Assembly: GCA_018266355.1 (NCBI GenBank) | Contig: JAFEAP010000029.1 | Span: 400,909 to 464,908 of the forward strand | Source: Bdellovibrionales bacterium | GTDB taxonomy: Bacteria; Bdellovibrionota; UBA1018 | Reading direction: 5' to 3' | Length of the DNA: 64,000 nt | Shown: positions 18,743-28,842 of the stretch, one piece after another | Layout: each line of letters starts with the position of its first letter | Position numbering within the stretch: position 1 is the first letter of the stretch | The notes under the pieces: generated by a model | What the model saw: only the letters and a program-made list of their open reading frames with translations | Told to the model about the DNA's origin: nothing | Databases searched by the model: none | Position numbers and translations under genes: made by a program

Positions 18743-19495
18743 GTGGCTGATTCGAAGCAACCCATCATCATCAGAAAGAAGAAAGGCGGACACGCCGGCG
18801 CGCACGGCGGCGCCTGGAAAGTCGCGTTCGCCGACTTCATGACCGCGATGATGGCGTTCTTCCTCGTCATGTGGCTCATGGGCTCCGACGAGGAGACCAA
18901 AGCCGCGATCGCGAACTACTTCAACAACCCGACGTCCGCGCTGCGGGTCGACCTCTCGAACAAGGAAAACGTCCCGCTCGGCGACAAGACCGGCGCCGGC
19001 GAAAGCGTCCTGAAGGGCGCCGACGGCGAGATCCCGGAGCAGCTCGTCCAGAAACCGTCGAAGCCGGTGCTCGAGGGAAATACCCAGGCCGAGGACGCGT
19101 CCGACGCCGCGGCGAAGCTCGCGTCTTCCGGCGACCGCGTGATGGTCGAAGTGATGCGTTTCTCGGTTCTCGAGGACGATCTCTTCATGCCGGGCACCAC
19201 CGACCAGTGGAAGCCGGGGATCGAGAAGATCTTCCAGAAGATCGGCAAACTCGCGAAGAACCAGGAACGCGGAAAGCTCACGATTCGCGGCGCTTGGGGC
19301 ACGCCGGAAACCGGAAACTACGACTTCCAGGTCGCGCGCGCCGTCGCGGTCGCGCGCTTCCTCGTCGACCACAAACTCGTCGAAGACGAACGCATCTCGA
19401 CGACGATGCGTCGGAAGAAGCCGGGCGGTGAAGATCGCGCGCCTTCGTCGGTCCAGGGCGCGGAAGCGCCGCGGATCGAATTCATCTTCCAATAG
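18743..19495 (+). CDS. motB: MotB-type stator protein (reduced OmpA-like C-terminus)
   Basis: GTG start with AAGGAA SD. N-terminal HGGAWKVAFADFMTAMMAFFLVMWL, the canonical MotB TM/plug region. C-terminal peptidoglycan-binding-like segment. Confidence 0.75.
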   Translation: MADSKQPIIIRKKKGGHAGAHGGAWKVAFADFMTAMMAFFLVMWLMGSDEETKAAIANYFNNPTSALRVDLSNKENVPLGDKTGAGESVLKGADGEIPEQLVQKPSKPVLEGNTQAEDASDAAAKLASSGDRVMVEVMRFSVLEDDLFMPGTTDQWKPGIEKIFQKIGKLAKNQERGKLTIRGAWGTPETGNYDFQVARAVAVARFLVDHKLVEDERISTTMRRKKPGGEDRAPSSVQGAEAPRIEFIFQ

Positions 19496-19502
19496 GAAGA
19501 CG

Positions 19503-20543
19503 TCACTCGCAATAATGCGCCATCATGCCGGAGGACTTCACCCGGGTGGAGAAGTATTCCTCGGCGTCCCACTCGACCGGCCGGGCTTCCCAGTCCGAGT
19601 CGTTCACGAGGAGCATTTCCTTGCCCTTCGAGTTCGCGAAAGCGCCGATCGCGACGAGCGCGTGGCCTCCGCCGTTCTTTTCGCCGATCGCGCGCGGGAG
19701 CCACATCCGGCGATCTTCGCCGACGCGTTCGGTGGTGTTCACCCATTGGTTCCGGGCGTTTTTCATGTCGCTTCCGATGTAGAACTCGATCAGTGCGGGT
19801 TTCCCGGCGCGAAGGAGGCCCATCACGGTCTTCTCGAGATAAGCCGGAGAGACGACTTCGAGCGAGTGGCAGACGAATCCGTACTTCTCGCCGAGCTCCT
19901 TGAAGATCGGCTTGAAGTTCCCGGCGCCTCGGCCGGAGGTGTAGTACTCGTTCGCGTGCTGGATGAGCTTCAGCCACCCGGCCGGATGCTCGAGTTCCTC
20001 TTTCAAGGTCCCGTTCCCGAGGTGTCCCGCGAGCACGAGTTGCGCGAAGTAGTTTACGGTGGCGAGTTCGGCGCAGTTCTCCCCTTCCTGCATCATCGTC
20101 GTGCGGATGGCCTGGATATCCGCGAGGTCGACGTTCCGGCCGGCGAACTTCAGCGAGCAGCGCGAGGGGGGGATGATGTAGTTTTTCTTTCCCGCCGGAT
20201 CCTGGAAAAGGAATCCGACCGTCTGGTCCTCGTCGGAGACGAGTCGACCGAGGAGGAGCCCTTCGGCTTCCCGCTCGTCGTCGACCCGGACTTTCATCTT
20301 CGTGCCCATCCCGAACTTGAATCCGTTCACTTCGACGGGTTCTTGGATGGCGGCGGCGGCCGAGGTCCAGTCCTTCTTGAAAAGACGGGTGCAGAACTCC
20401 TTTTGGAGTTTACGGCTGAAGGTGTCCTGCTTCTTCGTCCGCGGGATCGGCGCGGGGTCCTCCGCGCGGGCGAGGGAAGGCGAGAATCCGGCGGCGATCG
20501 TGAAACCCGCGATCAGGGGAATGAAAAGGAGATCAGCTCGCAC
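19503..20543 (-). CDS. Secreted papain-like cysteine peptidase domain protein (C39-like fold)
   Basis: Signal peptide. Putative Gln/Cys (MMQEGENCAELATVNYF) and His (GGGHALVAIGAF…LLVNDSDW) catalytic motifs, with C39-like spacing. Confidence 0.45.
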   Translation of the reverse strand: MRADLLFIPLIAGFTIAAGFSPSLARAEDPAPIPRTKKQDTFSRKLQKEFCTRLFKKDWTSAAAAIQEPVEVNGFKFGMGTKMKVRVDDEREAEGLLLGRLVSDEDQTVGFLFQDPAGKKNYIIPPSRCSLKFAGRNVDLADIQAIRTTMMQEGENCAELATVNYFAQLVLAGHLGNGTLKEELEHPAGWLKLIQHANEYYTSGRGAGNFKPIFKELGEKYGFVCHSLEVVSPAYLEKTVMGLLRAGKPALIEFYIGSDMKNARNQWVNTTERVGEDRRMWLPRAIGEKNGGGHALVAIGAFANSKGKEMLLVNDSDWEARPVEWDAEEYFSTRVKSSGMMAHYCE

Positions 20544-22188
20544 GGATCCTCCTCGCGGTATCGCGAGCGATCTGGCGCAGGCGGGTGTGCACGCGTTTCA
20601 TCTTGAACGCGCCTTCTATCGTGTAGTCGACGAGCGCGCCGTTCGAGTCGAGGAATTCGGCGTAGTCCTCGAGCGCCTTCCGGTTCCGCTCGGTCATCTC
20701 GGCGATCCAGTCGGTTTGATCGACGAGCTTACGGAGCTGCTCGGGCGTGATCGATTTCCCGGCCTTCCCCATGTTCGTGAACCGGAAGTTCACCGTCGCG
20801 CCGGCGCCCTTCGAAAGGTGGAAGTTTTTGTCCTTGTCCATCACCTCGACGGGGATGCGGACCTCGATCCGGTAACCCGGCTGTCCGAGGAAGACGTCGG
20901 GCTTGATCGCGATGCGTTCGCTCGCGGGCAGGCCCGGGAACCCCCTCTTCTTCGCGAGGGCGACCTCCTCGTCGATGATCTTCCGCGCCTCGTAGGCGGC
21001 GCTCATCCCGCTGTCGTTCAGCAGATCGATCCAATTCGCGTATTCCGCCATCTCGGAAAGGATCTTCGAGAGGTGAGTGCGCTCGTCCTTCGCGGGAGAG
21101 GCGAGAAACTCCTCGAACTTCCGGCGAGAAAGGTCGGAATACTCGGTCCAATCCACCTTCCCGTCGCGGAGGTAGTCGGCGTACGCGTATTTCAGATCGT
21201 TCTTCGTCTCGTTCGCGCGGGCGCCCTTCAGGACTTCGTCGAAACGGTCTTGGAGCGCGCGGCTGAGTTCGACGTTCTTGAACGAGGACTGGATCCCGTG
21301 GGCGGGAATCTCGTCGAGGTAGAGTTCGTTCCGATAATAGTCGCCGTCGCTGAGGGGGTCGACCGCCTCGGCGAGCGCCTTTTTCTGACGGGGCCCGACG
21401 GCGCCGGTCTTCTTGTACGCGTGATCGACCTTCATCCAGAACGCGTACGGGCTCTCGTGCCCTTTCGACGCGAGCGTCTCGACCACCATGTGCACGGCCT
21501 CGTGCACGGAAGTGTCGGTGAGCATGTCCTTCAGCATCCCGGGGACGTCGCCGTTGAAGATCCCTTTGCCTTTCTCGGACTCGAAGAACGCTTCCCACTC
21601 GTTCTTCCCGAGCAGTCCGACCGACATGCTGAATTCGCCGATGTCCTGCTTTTCGACGAAGGCCTTCGCGAGTTGGTTCCAGACGGTCGTGCCGCCTTCC
21701 TCGAAGATGAGCTTCGTGCGCCAAATCTTGAAGGACTTGTCCATCAGGTCTCGCACTTCGCGGACGGGCACTTCGTTCAATCCGGCTTTCCGGAGGTCAC
21801 CCGCGAGATTTCGGTAGGAGGGCATGCGGCGGCTCTCGAACGCGGGCCGGAGTACGTCGGCGAGCGCGGTTTGGCGGCTCGCCGAGAGGTCGGCGACGCG
21901 CGGGAGTTTCGAAAGTTGCTCGTCAAAGAAGATGTCGAGATTGAAGTTCTTGAGCAGGTCGCCGATCGCGATCAGGTATTGCTCGACCTCGTTCTGGAGC
22001 TTTCGTGCCTTCGCTTCGGTGAAGGTCTTGTAGTTCTGGAGTTTACCGAACTCCTCGAGGAGGCGGACGCGCTCCTTACGGAGGTGTTCGATGCAGTGAG
22101 GATCGGCGGCCCGCGCGCTCGGCGACGCGGCGAGAAGGGCGGCCGCGACGAGGCCGACGATTTTCTTTTTCGAGACGAAACGAGCCAT
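20533..22188 (-). CDS. Secreted hypothetical protein with HEAVH (HExxH) motif, possible zinc metallopeptidase
   Basis: Signal peptide MARFVSKKKIVGLVAAALLAASPSARA (ATG at 22188; upstream ATG at 22212 is an alternative). The HExxH motif is the only catalytic cue. 11-nt overlap with the downstream gene start. Confidence 0.5.
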   Translation of the reverse strand: MARFVSKKKIVGLVAAALLAASPSARAADPHCIEHLRKERVRLLEEFGKLQNYKTFTEAKARKLQNEVEQYLIAIGDLLKNFNLDIFFDEQLSKLPRVADLSASRQTALADVLRPAFESRRMPSYRNLAGDLRKAGLNEVPVREVRDLMDKSFKIWRTKLIFEEGGTTVWNQLAKAFVEKQDIGEFSMSVGLLGKNEWEAFFESEKGKGIFNGDVPGMLKDMLTDTSVHEAVHMVVETLASKGHESPYAFWMKVDHAYKKTGAVGPRQKKALAEAVDPLSDGDYYRNELYLDEIPAHGIQSSFKNVELSRALQDRFDEVLKGARANETKNDLKYAYADYLRDGKVDWTEYSDLSRRKFEEFLASPAKDERTHLSKILSEMAEYANWIDLLNDSGMSAAYEARKIIDEEVALAKKRGFPGLPASERIAIKPDVFLGQPGYRIEVRIPVEVMDKDKNFHLSKGAGATVNFRFTNMGKAGKSITPEQLRKLVDQTDWIAEMTERNRKALEDYAEFLDSNGALVDYTIEGAFKMKRVHTRLRQIARDTARRIRAS

Positions 22189-22405
22189 CCTGGCTACCCT
22201 CTCCGCAGACACCGAAACCCTTCTCTTATTGTGACATCGCCTCCCTTTTTCGGGACGAAAAACTCGCCGTCAGAGCATCGTCGGGTATTCGAAAAACGCG
22301 ATGCGTCAAATCTTGGAAAAGGCTCCCACTTTCAAGCACCTAACGACGTTTTAGGATTCGGTGCGGGTGATTGACACCCCGCCACGACCGGGATACTTCG
22401 CGGAC

Positions 22406-24364
22406 ATGATTTTCAAACTTCGGACGGCGAAATTTGCGGCTCTTTCCCTCGGTCTCTTCCTCGCACTCGGATGCACGGACGCGAAGAAAGGGCGGGCGCC
22501 GCTCTCGGCCGCAGCCGGCGGAGGCTCGCCGGTCGCACCGACGACTCCGATCGCGCGGGTCGCGCCGACCGTGATGGACACGAAGACTCCGATCGCGCTC
22601 GGTTCGGACGAACTCCTCGTCTCGATTCTCGGGACGAACGACATCCACGGCGCGATCGAGCCGCGGGTTTCGAAGGACGGGAAGACGTTCGGCGGGATGG
22701 CGTTCTGGGCCGGCGCCGTGAAAGCGGTTCGCGACGGGGTCGCGAAGGAATACGGCGACAAGGGCGGCGTCCTCGTCCTCGACGGCGGCGACCAGTTCCA
22801 AGGCACGCTCCTCTCGAACTACTCCGAAGGCGCGCTGATGTTCTCGCTCCTCGGCGACGTCGGGTACGACGCGATGGTCCCGGGCAACCACGACTACGAC
22901 TTCGGTCCCGAAGGCTGGCTCGTCGACCAAGTCACGCCGGATTCGAAAGACAAGGACCCGCGCGGCGTGATCAAGAAGCTCGCGAACTCCGCCCCTTTTC
23001 CGCTGCTCTCCTCGAACGCCTATGTGAAGGCTTCGATCAGGACCTTCGACGGAAAACCGGCCACCATCGATTCCCAAGGGTGCGGCTCCGACCAGCCGCT
23101 CGACTGGTCTCGCGCCGAGCGTCCGGAATTCCTGAAGTCCTATCTCCTCCGGGAAGTCGCCGGCCTCCGCGTCGCGATCATCGGTCTCGATAACCCGATC
23201 ACGCCGACGACCACGACGCCCGCGAACGTGAGCGACCTCTGCTTCCGCGACGCCGCCGAGGAGTACAAGTCGGTGCGCGAATCCCTCGAAGGAAAGGCCG
23301 ACCTCTTCGTCCTCGTGATCCACGACGGCGATATCAACAACGAGAAGAACCTCACGAACCTCCTCGTGAAGCTCGAAGCCTATCGCCCGGACGCGGTCGA
23401 CGCCGTCATCGGCGGCCATACCCACCAGGTGAACAAGATCGAGAAGAACGGCGTCTACGCGATCCAATCCGGATCGAGCGGCGCGATGTTCGGCCGGATC
23501 GACCTCGTCGTCGACGCGAAGACGAAGAAAGTCGTCCGCACCCGCGCGGCCGCGGGCGCGATGCTCTTCCAATCCGACTGCGACTCGCAGATCAAGACCT
23601 TCTGCGAACTCCCGAACGCGACGGACGTGAACTACGAACACGAGAAAATCGCCGCCTCCGCCTCCGCCCTCGCGAAGATCGAAGACGGGAAGAAGGACAT
23701 CGCGCCGATGACCGGACGGAACCTCGGTTACGCCGATGCGACGATCGCGAAAGATCCGATCAACGAGAGCGGCCTCGTGAACCTCCTCACCGACGCCTAC
23801 CGCCGCGCCTCGGGCGCGGACGTCGCGATGATCAACACCGGCGGCGTGCGCACGTCGATCGCTCCGGGCCCGTTCACTTACGAAGCCCTCTACGCGATTT
23901 CGCCGTTCAATAATCGCGCGGTCGTGCTCGGTCCGGTGAAGGTCTCGACGCTCCTCAAGATCGTTTCCCGCGCGGCGAAGAGCTGCGGGAAATCCGGCCC
24001 CGTGCTCGCCTCGGGCATCCGCGTGACCTACGAGCGCGGCGACTGCAAGCAGACGGACGCCGACGGGAACGACCCGCAGTCTCGCGTCGTGACGATCGCC
24101 CTCGCCGACAAGGCCGACGGCTCGAAGGACGGGAAGCTCCTCTACGACGCTCGCGACCCGAACAAGGTGTTCGTCTCGGACGACACGGTCACGATCGCGA
24201 CCCTCGACTTCCTCGAAGCCGGCGGATCCGGTTACGTCGAATTCAAGGAAGCGCCCCGCATGGCCGACCTCGGGATTTTCCGCGAACTCGTTGCCGACGA
24301 GCTCGCGAAGAATCCGGGCAAGCTCGAGGACAAGCTCGACGGTCGTTACCGGAATCTGAAGTAA
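22406..24364 (+). CDS. Lipoprotein 5'-nucleotidase / metallophosphoesterase (UshA family)
   Basis: Lipobox LALGC. Metallophosphatase motifs GTNDIHG, DGGDQFQG, GNHDYD, GGHTHQ, followed by a C-terminal 5'-nucleotidase domain. Confidence 0.8.
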   Translation: MIFKLRTAKFAALSLGLFLALGCTDAKKGRAPLSAAAGGGSPVAPTTPIARVAPTVMDTKTPIALGSDELLVSILGTNDIHGAIEPRVSKDGKTFGGMAFWAGAVKAVRDGVAKEYGDKGGVLVLDGGDQFQGTLLSNYSEGALMFSLLGDVGYDAMVPGNHDYDFGPEGWLVDQVTPDSKDKDPRGVIKKLANSAPFPLLSSNAYVKASIRTFDGKPATIDSQGCGSDQPLDWSRAERPEFLKSYLLREVAGLRVAIIGLDNPITPTTTTPANVSDLCFRDAAEEYKSVRESLEGKADLFVLVIHDGDINNEKNLTNLLVKLEAYRPDAVDAVIGGHTHQVNKIEKNGVYAIQSGSSGAMFGRIDLVVDAKTKKVVRTRAAAGAMLFQSDCDSQIKTFCELPNATDVNYEHEKIAASASALAKIEDGKKDIAPMTGRNLGYADATIAKDPINESGLVNLLTDAYRRASGADVAMINTGGVRTSIAPGPFTYEALYAISPFNNRAVVLGPVKVSTLLKIVSRAAKSCGKSGPVLASGIRVTYERGDCKQTDADGNDPQSRVVTIALADKADGSKDGKLLYDARDPNKVFVSDDTVTIATLDFLEAGGSGYVEFKEAPRMADLGIFRELVADELAKNPGKLEDKLDGRYRNLK

Positions 24365-24366
24365 AC

Positions 24367-24705
24367 GTGGGTACCCGGATCGATTTCGTACGGCGCGCTC
24401 CGCCTTCGGGAAGCGCCGATTTTTCCGACGTGGCGACGGTCGACTTCGTCGAGCCGAACTTGAACGTGCTCGCGCACGCCCAGACGCTCGAACTCGAGGT
24501 CGGTTCGCGGTGCGGCGGTCACGGCATTTGCGGGGGGGACCGCGTCCGCGTCCTCGGCGAGCCGCCGCTCTCGGAAATCACGGAAGCGGAGCGCCGTCAC
24601 CTCTCGAAAAAGGAACTCGCCGCGGGAATTCGGCTCGCTTGCCAATGTTTTCCGAACGATTCCACGATTTCGCTCCGGGTCGAGATCTTCCCCGACGGTC
24701 AGTAG
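24367..24705 (+). CDS. Small 2Fe-2S ferredoxin-like protein
   Basis: GTG start 2 nt after the upstream stop. Cys cluster CGGHGICGGD…LACQC. Confidence 0.45.
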   Translation: MGTRIDFVRRAPPSGSADFSDVATVDFVEPNLNVLAHAQTLELEVGSRCGGHGICGGDRVRVLGEPPLSEITEAERRHLSKKELAAGIRLACQCFPNDSTISLRVEIFPDGQ

Positions 24706-24749
24706 TTCCTGGAAGTTTCCGGCGTTCCCGAGTAGCCCTTTAAGACGCT

Positions 24750-25367
24750 ATGGCAACTCCGGCTTGGATCCTCGTCATCGGTTTCGCGACGAAAGTCGTC
24801 CTCGTTCTCCTCCTCTTTCTCTCGATATGGTCCGTCGCGATCGTGGTCGATCGACGGAAGAGACTCCGCGAGTACGTCGCGGGAGACGAAGCGGCGAAAG
24901 GACGCGAGTTGATCCGCGCCGGCGATGCCGCGGGACTGCGCGCCTGGGCCGAAAAGGGCCGCACGCTCCAAGCCGCGGCCATGCGGGAAGTCCTCGAAGC
25001 GCCCCAGGGCGCCGAGGCGATCGCCTACGCCCAGCGCTCGTTCCTCGCCGACGAGCGCGCGGAACTCTCGAAGGGGCTTTCGGTGCTCGCGACCCTCGGT
25101 TCGAACGCGCCGTTCATCGGTCTCTTCGGAACGGTCCTCGGCATCATCCAGTCGTTCGGCGCGCTCGCGACGTCGAGCGCGGCGATGAACCAAGTGATCT
25201 TCTCTCTTGCGGAGGCCCTCATCGCGACCGCGATCGGACTTTTCGTCGCGATCCCGGCGGTCGTCGCTTATAACTATTTTTCGAACCGCGTGAAGAACGC
25301 GATCGCCGACGCCGAATCGCTGCGCGACCTCTACCTTTCGCGGTTCGTCCTGAAGGGCCGCGCGTAA
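24750..25367 (+). CDS. exbB: ExbB/TolQ/MotA-family proton-channel protein
   Basis: Three TM segments. Conserved MotA/TolQ/ExbB C-terminal region (NAPFIGLFGTVLGII…LIATAIGLFVAIPAVVAYNYF). Confidence 0.8.
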   Translation: MATPAWILVIGFATKVVLVLLLFLSIWSVAIVVDRRKRLREYVAGDEAAKGRELIRAGDAAGLRAWAEKGRTLQAAAMREVLEAPQGAEAIAYAQRSFLADERAELSKGLSVLATLGSNAPFIGLFGTVLGIIQSFGALATSSAAMNQVIFSLAEALIATAIGLFVAIPAVVAYNYFSNRVKNAIADAESLRDLYLSRFVLKGRA

Positions 25368-25807
25368 TGGCGGCGAACCTCCCGTCCTCGACCGAGGGCG
25401 ATTCGCTCATCTCCGACATCAACGTCACGCCGTTCGTCGACGTCGTTCTCGTGCTTCTCGTGATCTTCATCGTCACCGCTCCCGCGCTCGTGAAGGACAC
25501 CCTCGGGATCAAGCTCCCGAAGGCGGCTTCGGCCGACGGTTCCGCGATGGAGACCCTCGGCGTCGCCGTCACCCGCCAAGGCCAGATTCTGCTGAACGGC
25601 ACGATCGCGACCGAGGAAGCGGTGACCGCCGCGGTGAAAGCCGCGCTCTCGAAGAATCCCGATGCCCAGGCGATCATCGCCGCCGACGGCGAAGCCCGGC
25701 ACGCCGACGTCGTGCGCGCGATCGACCTCGTGAAGACGGCCGGCATGAGTCGTTTCGCGCTCCAGATCGAGCGGCCCGAAAAAACCGAGACGAAGGCGGG
25801 GCCCTAG
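25367..25807 (+). CDS. exbD: ExbD/TolR biopolymer transport protein
   Basis: ATG overlaps the exbB stop (TAATG). Single TM (INVTPFVDVVLVLLVIFIV) plus periplasmic domain. Confidence 0.8.
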   Translation: MAANLPSSTEGDSLISDINVTPFVDVVLVLLVIFIVTAPALVKDTLGIKLPKAASADGSAMETLGVAVTRQGQILLNGTIATEEAVTAAVKAALSKNPDAQAIIAADGEARHADVVRAIDLVKTAGMSRFALQIERPEKTETKAGP

Positions 25808-25810
25808 ATC

Positions 25811-26485
25811 GTGGCGACGGCGGCTTCTTCCCGAGCCGAACCCGGCGCGACTCCGTTCTGGCGTTCGCCGTGGGGAGTTTCCGTCGGCGCGCACCTCGCC
25901 GTCGCGATTTCGATCGGTCTCGTGATCTTCCCGTGGGGGCGTCGTCGCGAAACGGTCGACTTCGAAGTCTACGAAGCGCCGAAGCTCGCGACCGCGCCTC
26001 CGATCGCGCTCACGAAACCGCCGGAGCCGAAGAAGGCATCACCCGAGAAACGTTCCGTCTTCGGCACCTCTCGGAAGGCGATGGTCGACGCGACGAACGA
26101 TCCGAACGCGGCCGCGGTGAAAGCCGGGAACACCGTCGCGAAGGATCCGGATCATGAGAAGCTCCGCGACGACGACGCGGATTCGATTCCGATCCCGACG
26201 GAGGAATACCTCGTCACCGCGATGCCGGTGCTCGAGACGGACTTCCGCATCCCGTATCCGCCGGAGGCTCGGAAGGCGAAAATCCAGGGCCGCGTCCTCA
26301 TGAAGCTCCTCGTCGACGGGGAGGGGAAAGTGCGCCGCGCCACGCTGATCAACGGACCCGGTTACGGATTGAACGAAGCGGCCGTCGATGCGATGAAGAA
26401 TTTCCGCTTCCGGCCCGCCCGCGTGCAGGACAAACCGGTCGCGGTCGAGATCCAGTTCGCCTATAACTTCGTGCTCGAGCGCTGA
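25811..26485 (+). CDS. tonB: TonB family energy transducer (C-terminal TonB domain)
   Basis: GTG start. N-terminal TM, Pro/Lys-rich linker, C-terminal TonB fold (RIPYPPEARKAKIQGRVLMKLLVDGEGKV…). Confidence 0.7.
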   Translation: MATAASSRAEPGATPFWRSPWGVSVGAHLAVAISIGLVIFPWGRRRETVDFEVYEAPKLATAPPIALTKPPEPKKASPEKRSVFGTSRKAMVDATNDPNAAAVKAGNTVAKDPDHEKLRDDDADSIPIPTEEYLVTAMPVLETDFRIPYPPEARKAKIQGRVLMKLLVDGEGKVRRATLINGPGYGLNEAAVDAMKNFRFRPARVQDKPVAVEIQFAYNFVLER

Positions 26486-26502
26486 GCCCCGGACAACTCC
26501 CG

Positions 26503-28842
26503 ATGAAACGTTTTCTCCCGCTATCGACGCTCCTTCTGACCCTCGCGGCTCCGGCGATCGCCGTCGAACCCGGGGCCGCGCCGAGCGCGGTTCCTTCCTT
26601 AGGGCCCGCGACCGAGACCGCTTCGGTCGGGACGGTCACCGTCGCCGGCACGCTCTTCGAGAAAGGGACGAAGAAGCCCGTCGCCGACGCGAACGTCTAC
26701 GTCCTTCCCGCGAAATTGAAGGGGACGACCGACGCGGAAGGGAAGTTCCGGATCGAAGGCGTGCCCGAGGGCGAGTTCGAAATCCTCGTGAACCTCACCG
26801 GCTATAAGAAATTCTCGCGCGTCGTGCAGCAGTCCGCCGCCGAAGGGGAGTTCGAGCGGTCGGTTTACCTCGAGCGCGATTCCTACCAGGTCTACGAAAC
26901 GACGGTGTACGGGAAACTCGATTCCGGCGACGACTCGGCGAAGAGCCTGAAGGCTTCGGTCGCGCAGAAACTCCCGGGAGCGAACAACGATCCGATCAAG
27001 GCCGTGCAGAACATGCCCGGCGTTTCGCGCACGAACGGGTTTTCCTCCCAGGTCATCATCCAGGGCTCCGCGCCCCAAGACACGCGCTACACAATCGACG
27101 GGCACGAAGTTCCGATCATCTTCCACTTCGGCGGCTATTCCTCGGTCGTGCTCCCCGAAGCGCTCGACCGCGTCGACTACCTCTCCGCCGGTTACGGCGT
27201 CGAGTACGGACGCGCGATGGGCGGGATCGTCGGCGTGTGGACGCGGAAGCCCGATCGCGATCGGTTGAAGGGATTCGCTTACGCGGATTTCATCAACGCC
27301 GGGGCGGCGATCGAGACGCCGGTCGGGGAGAAGGGTTCGCTCACGCTCGGTCTCCGTCGGAGCTACATCGGCGAGCTCCTGAAGGAAGCCGACAAGCACA
27401 AGAAGGACGACGATAAGAATTCGGACGCTGACCTGACGGCGGCGCCGACGTTCTCGGATTTCACCGCGGTTTACGATACGCCGCTCGGCGATCGGGACGA
27501 CCTGCGCGTCGACCTCATCGCGTCCCAGGACTCGCTCGGGTTCGTGCTCAAGGATTCGCCCCAGAACGACCCGAAGATCCGCGGCGATTTCGAGACGAAG
27601 ACCTCGTTCGTCCGGCTGATCCCGCAGTGGACCCACCGGCACGGCGAGGGCACGACGAGCCGCCTCTCGCTCGGCCTCGGCCGCGATTGGTCGAAGTTCA
27701 TCCTCGCCGATCAGTACTTCCGCCTTTACCTCTATACGATCACCCAGCGCTACGAGCTCGAACGGAAATTTTCGGAGGACTTCACCTCGACGCTCGGCCT
27801 CGATAACTCTTTCGGATGGGCGAAGGTCGCGATGAATTTCCCGGATTTCTACGCGGCGGGCGGCATCTCGAATCCGGTCTCGACGGGAACGAGCCGCCGC
27901 GTCGGCATCTCGTCGAACAGCCAGAACTTCGGCGCGTACTGGAATAACGACTGGAAATTCGCTCCCGAGTGGTCGTTGAAACCCGGTCTGCGTTTCGATT
28001 ATTTCAGCGTCGTGAACGAGGCCCACGTCGCCCCGAGACTCGCGGTAAAGCGTTCGCTCTCGCCGTATTCTTCGGTGCGTTTCGCGACCGGTCTCTACTA
28101 CCAACCGCCCCAGCCCCAGGAAACCGCGGAAGGCGTCGGAAATCCCGAGCTGACCGCTCCGCGCGCGACGCACTTCGCGATCGGATACGAGGAAGACTTC
28201 CGGAGGGGTTCCTCGAAAGGCGTGATCTTCACCGGCGGACCGTTCTACCGGAAATTCGACGATCTCGTCGTCGCTTCGAGCGCGACGACCACCCGGAACG
28301 GCGTCACGACCCCCGAATATTATAACAATAACGGGTCCGGCCGCGCGTACGGCGTCGAGATGCTCGTCCGGTACGAGGCGAATCCTTGGAACGCGTGGCT
28401 TTCCTATACGGTCGGGAGAAGCACGCGCGTGCAGCCGGGGCAGCCCGAGTATCCTTCCGCCTACGACCAAACCCATAACTTGAACCTGATCGTCGGCAAG
28501 GACCTGCCTCGGAACTGGCGGGTCGCGGGGCGCTTCCGCTACGTCACCGGGAATCCGATCACTCCGGTCACCGGATCCGTTTTCGACGCCGATAACGACG
28601 CCTACATCCCGATCCGCGGCCCCTACTACAGCGAGCGCATCGGCCCCTTTTACCAGCTCGACCTCCGCGCGGATAAGAAGTGGATCTTCAATACCTGGGT
28701 CCTGACCGCCTACCTCGACGTCCAGAACGCGACGAACCACAAGAACACCGAAAACGTGAGCTATGCCTACGATTACTCGCAGCGGACCGACGTCACGGGG
28801 CTGCCCATCATTCCCGCGCTCGGCTTGAAAGGGGAGTTTTAA
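26503..28842 (+). CDS. TonB-dependent outer-membrane receptor with N-terminal carboxypeptidase-regulatory-like domain
   Basis: Signal peptide, CarbopepD_reg-like domain, plug (DPIKAVQNMPGVS…), 22-strand barrel ending in an aromatic terminal residue (GEF). Confidence 0.8.
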   Translation: MKRFLPLSTLLLTLAAPAIAVEPGAAPSAVPSLGPATETASVGTVTVAGTLFEKGTKKPVADANVYVLPAKLKGTTDAEGKFRIEGVPEGEFEILVNLTGYKKFSRVVQQSAAEGEFERSVYLERDSYQVYETTVYGKLDSGDDSAKSLKASVAQKLPGANNDPIKAVQNMPGVSRTNGFSSQVIIQGSAPQDTRYTIDGHEVPIIFHFGGYSSVVLPEALDRVDYLSAGYGVEYGRAMGGIVGVWTRKPDRDRLKGFAYADFINAGAAIETPVGEKGSLTLGLRRSYIGELLKEADKHKKDDDKNSDADLTAAPTFSDFTAVYDTPLGDRDDLRVDLIASQDSLGFVLKDSPQNDPKIRGDFETKTSFVRLIPQWTHRHGEGTTSRLSLGLGRDWSKFILADQYFRLYLYTITQRYELERKFSEDFTSTLGLDNSFGWAKVAMNFPDFYAAGGISNPVSTGTSRRVGISSNSQNFGAYWNNDWKFAPEWSLKPGLRFDYFSVVNEAHVAPRLAVKRSLSPYSSVRFATGLYYQPPQPQETAEGVGNPELTAPRATHFAIGYEEDFRRGSSKGVIFTGGPFYRKFDDLVVASSATTTRNGVTTPEYYNNNGSGRAYGVEMLVRYEANPWNAWLSYTVGRSTRVQPGQPEYPSAYDQTHNLNLIVGKDLPRNWRVAGRFRYVTGNPITPVTGSVFDADNDAYIPIRGPYYSERIGPFYQLDLRADKKWIFNTWVLTAYLDVQNATNHKNTENVSYAYDYSQRTDVTGLPIIPALGLKGEF

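Noticed and set aside
19428-23641. ORFs 19428..20606(+), 20302..22374(+), 20729..21724(-), 22340..23641(-), 22471..23193(+)
   Set aside because: Low-complexity R/G/D/E-rich translations overlapping supported peptidase and nucleotidase genes.
26599-28740. 713-aa minus ORF
   Set aside because: Antisense of the TonB-dependent receptor.
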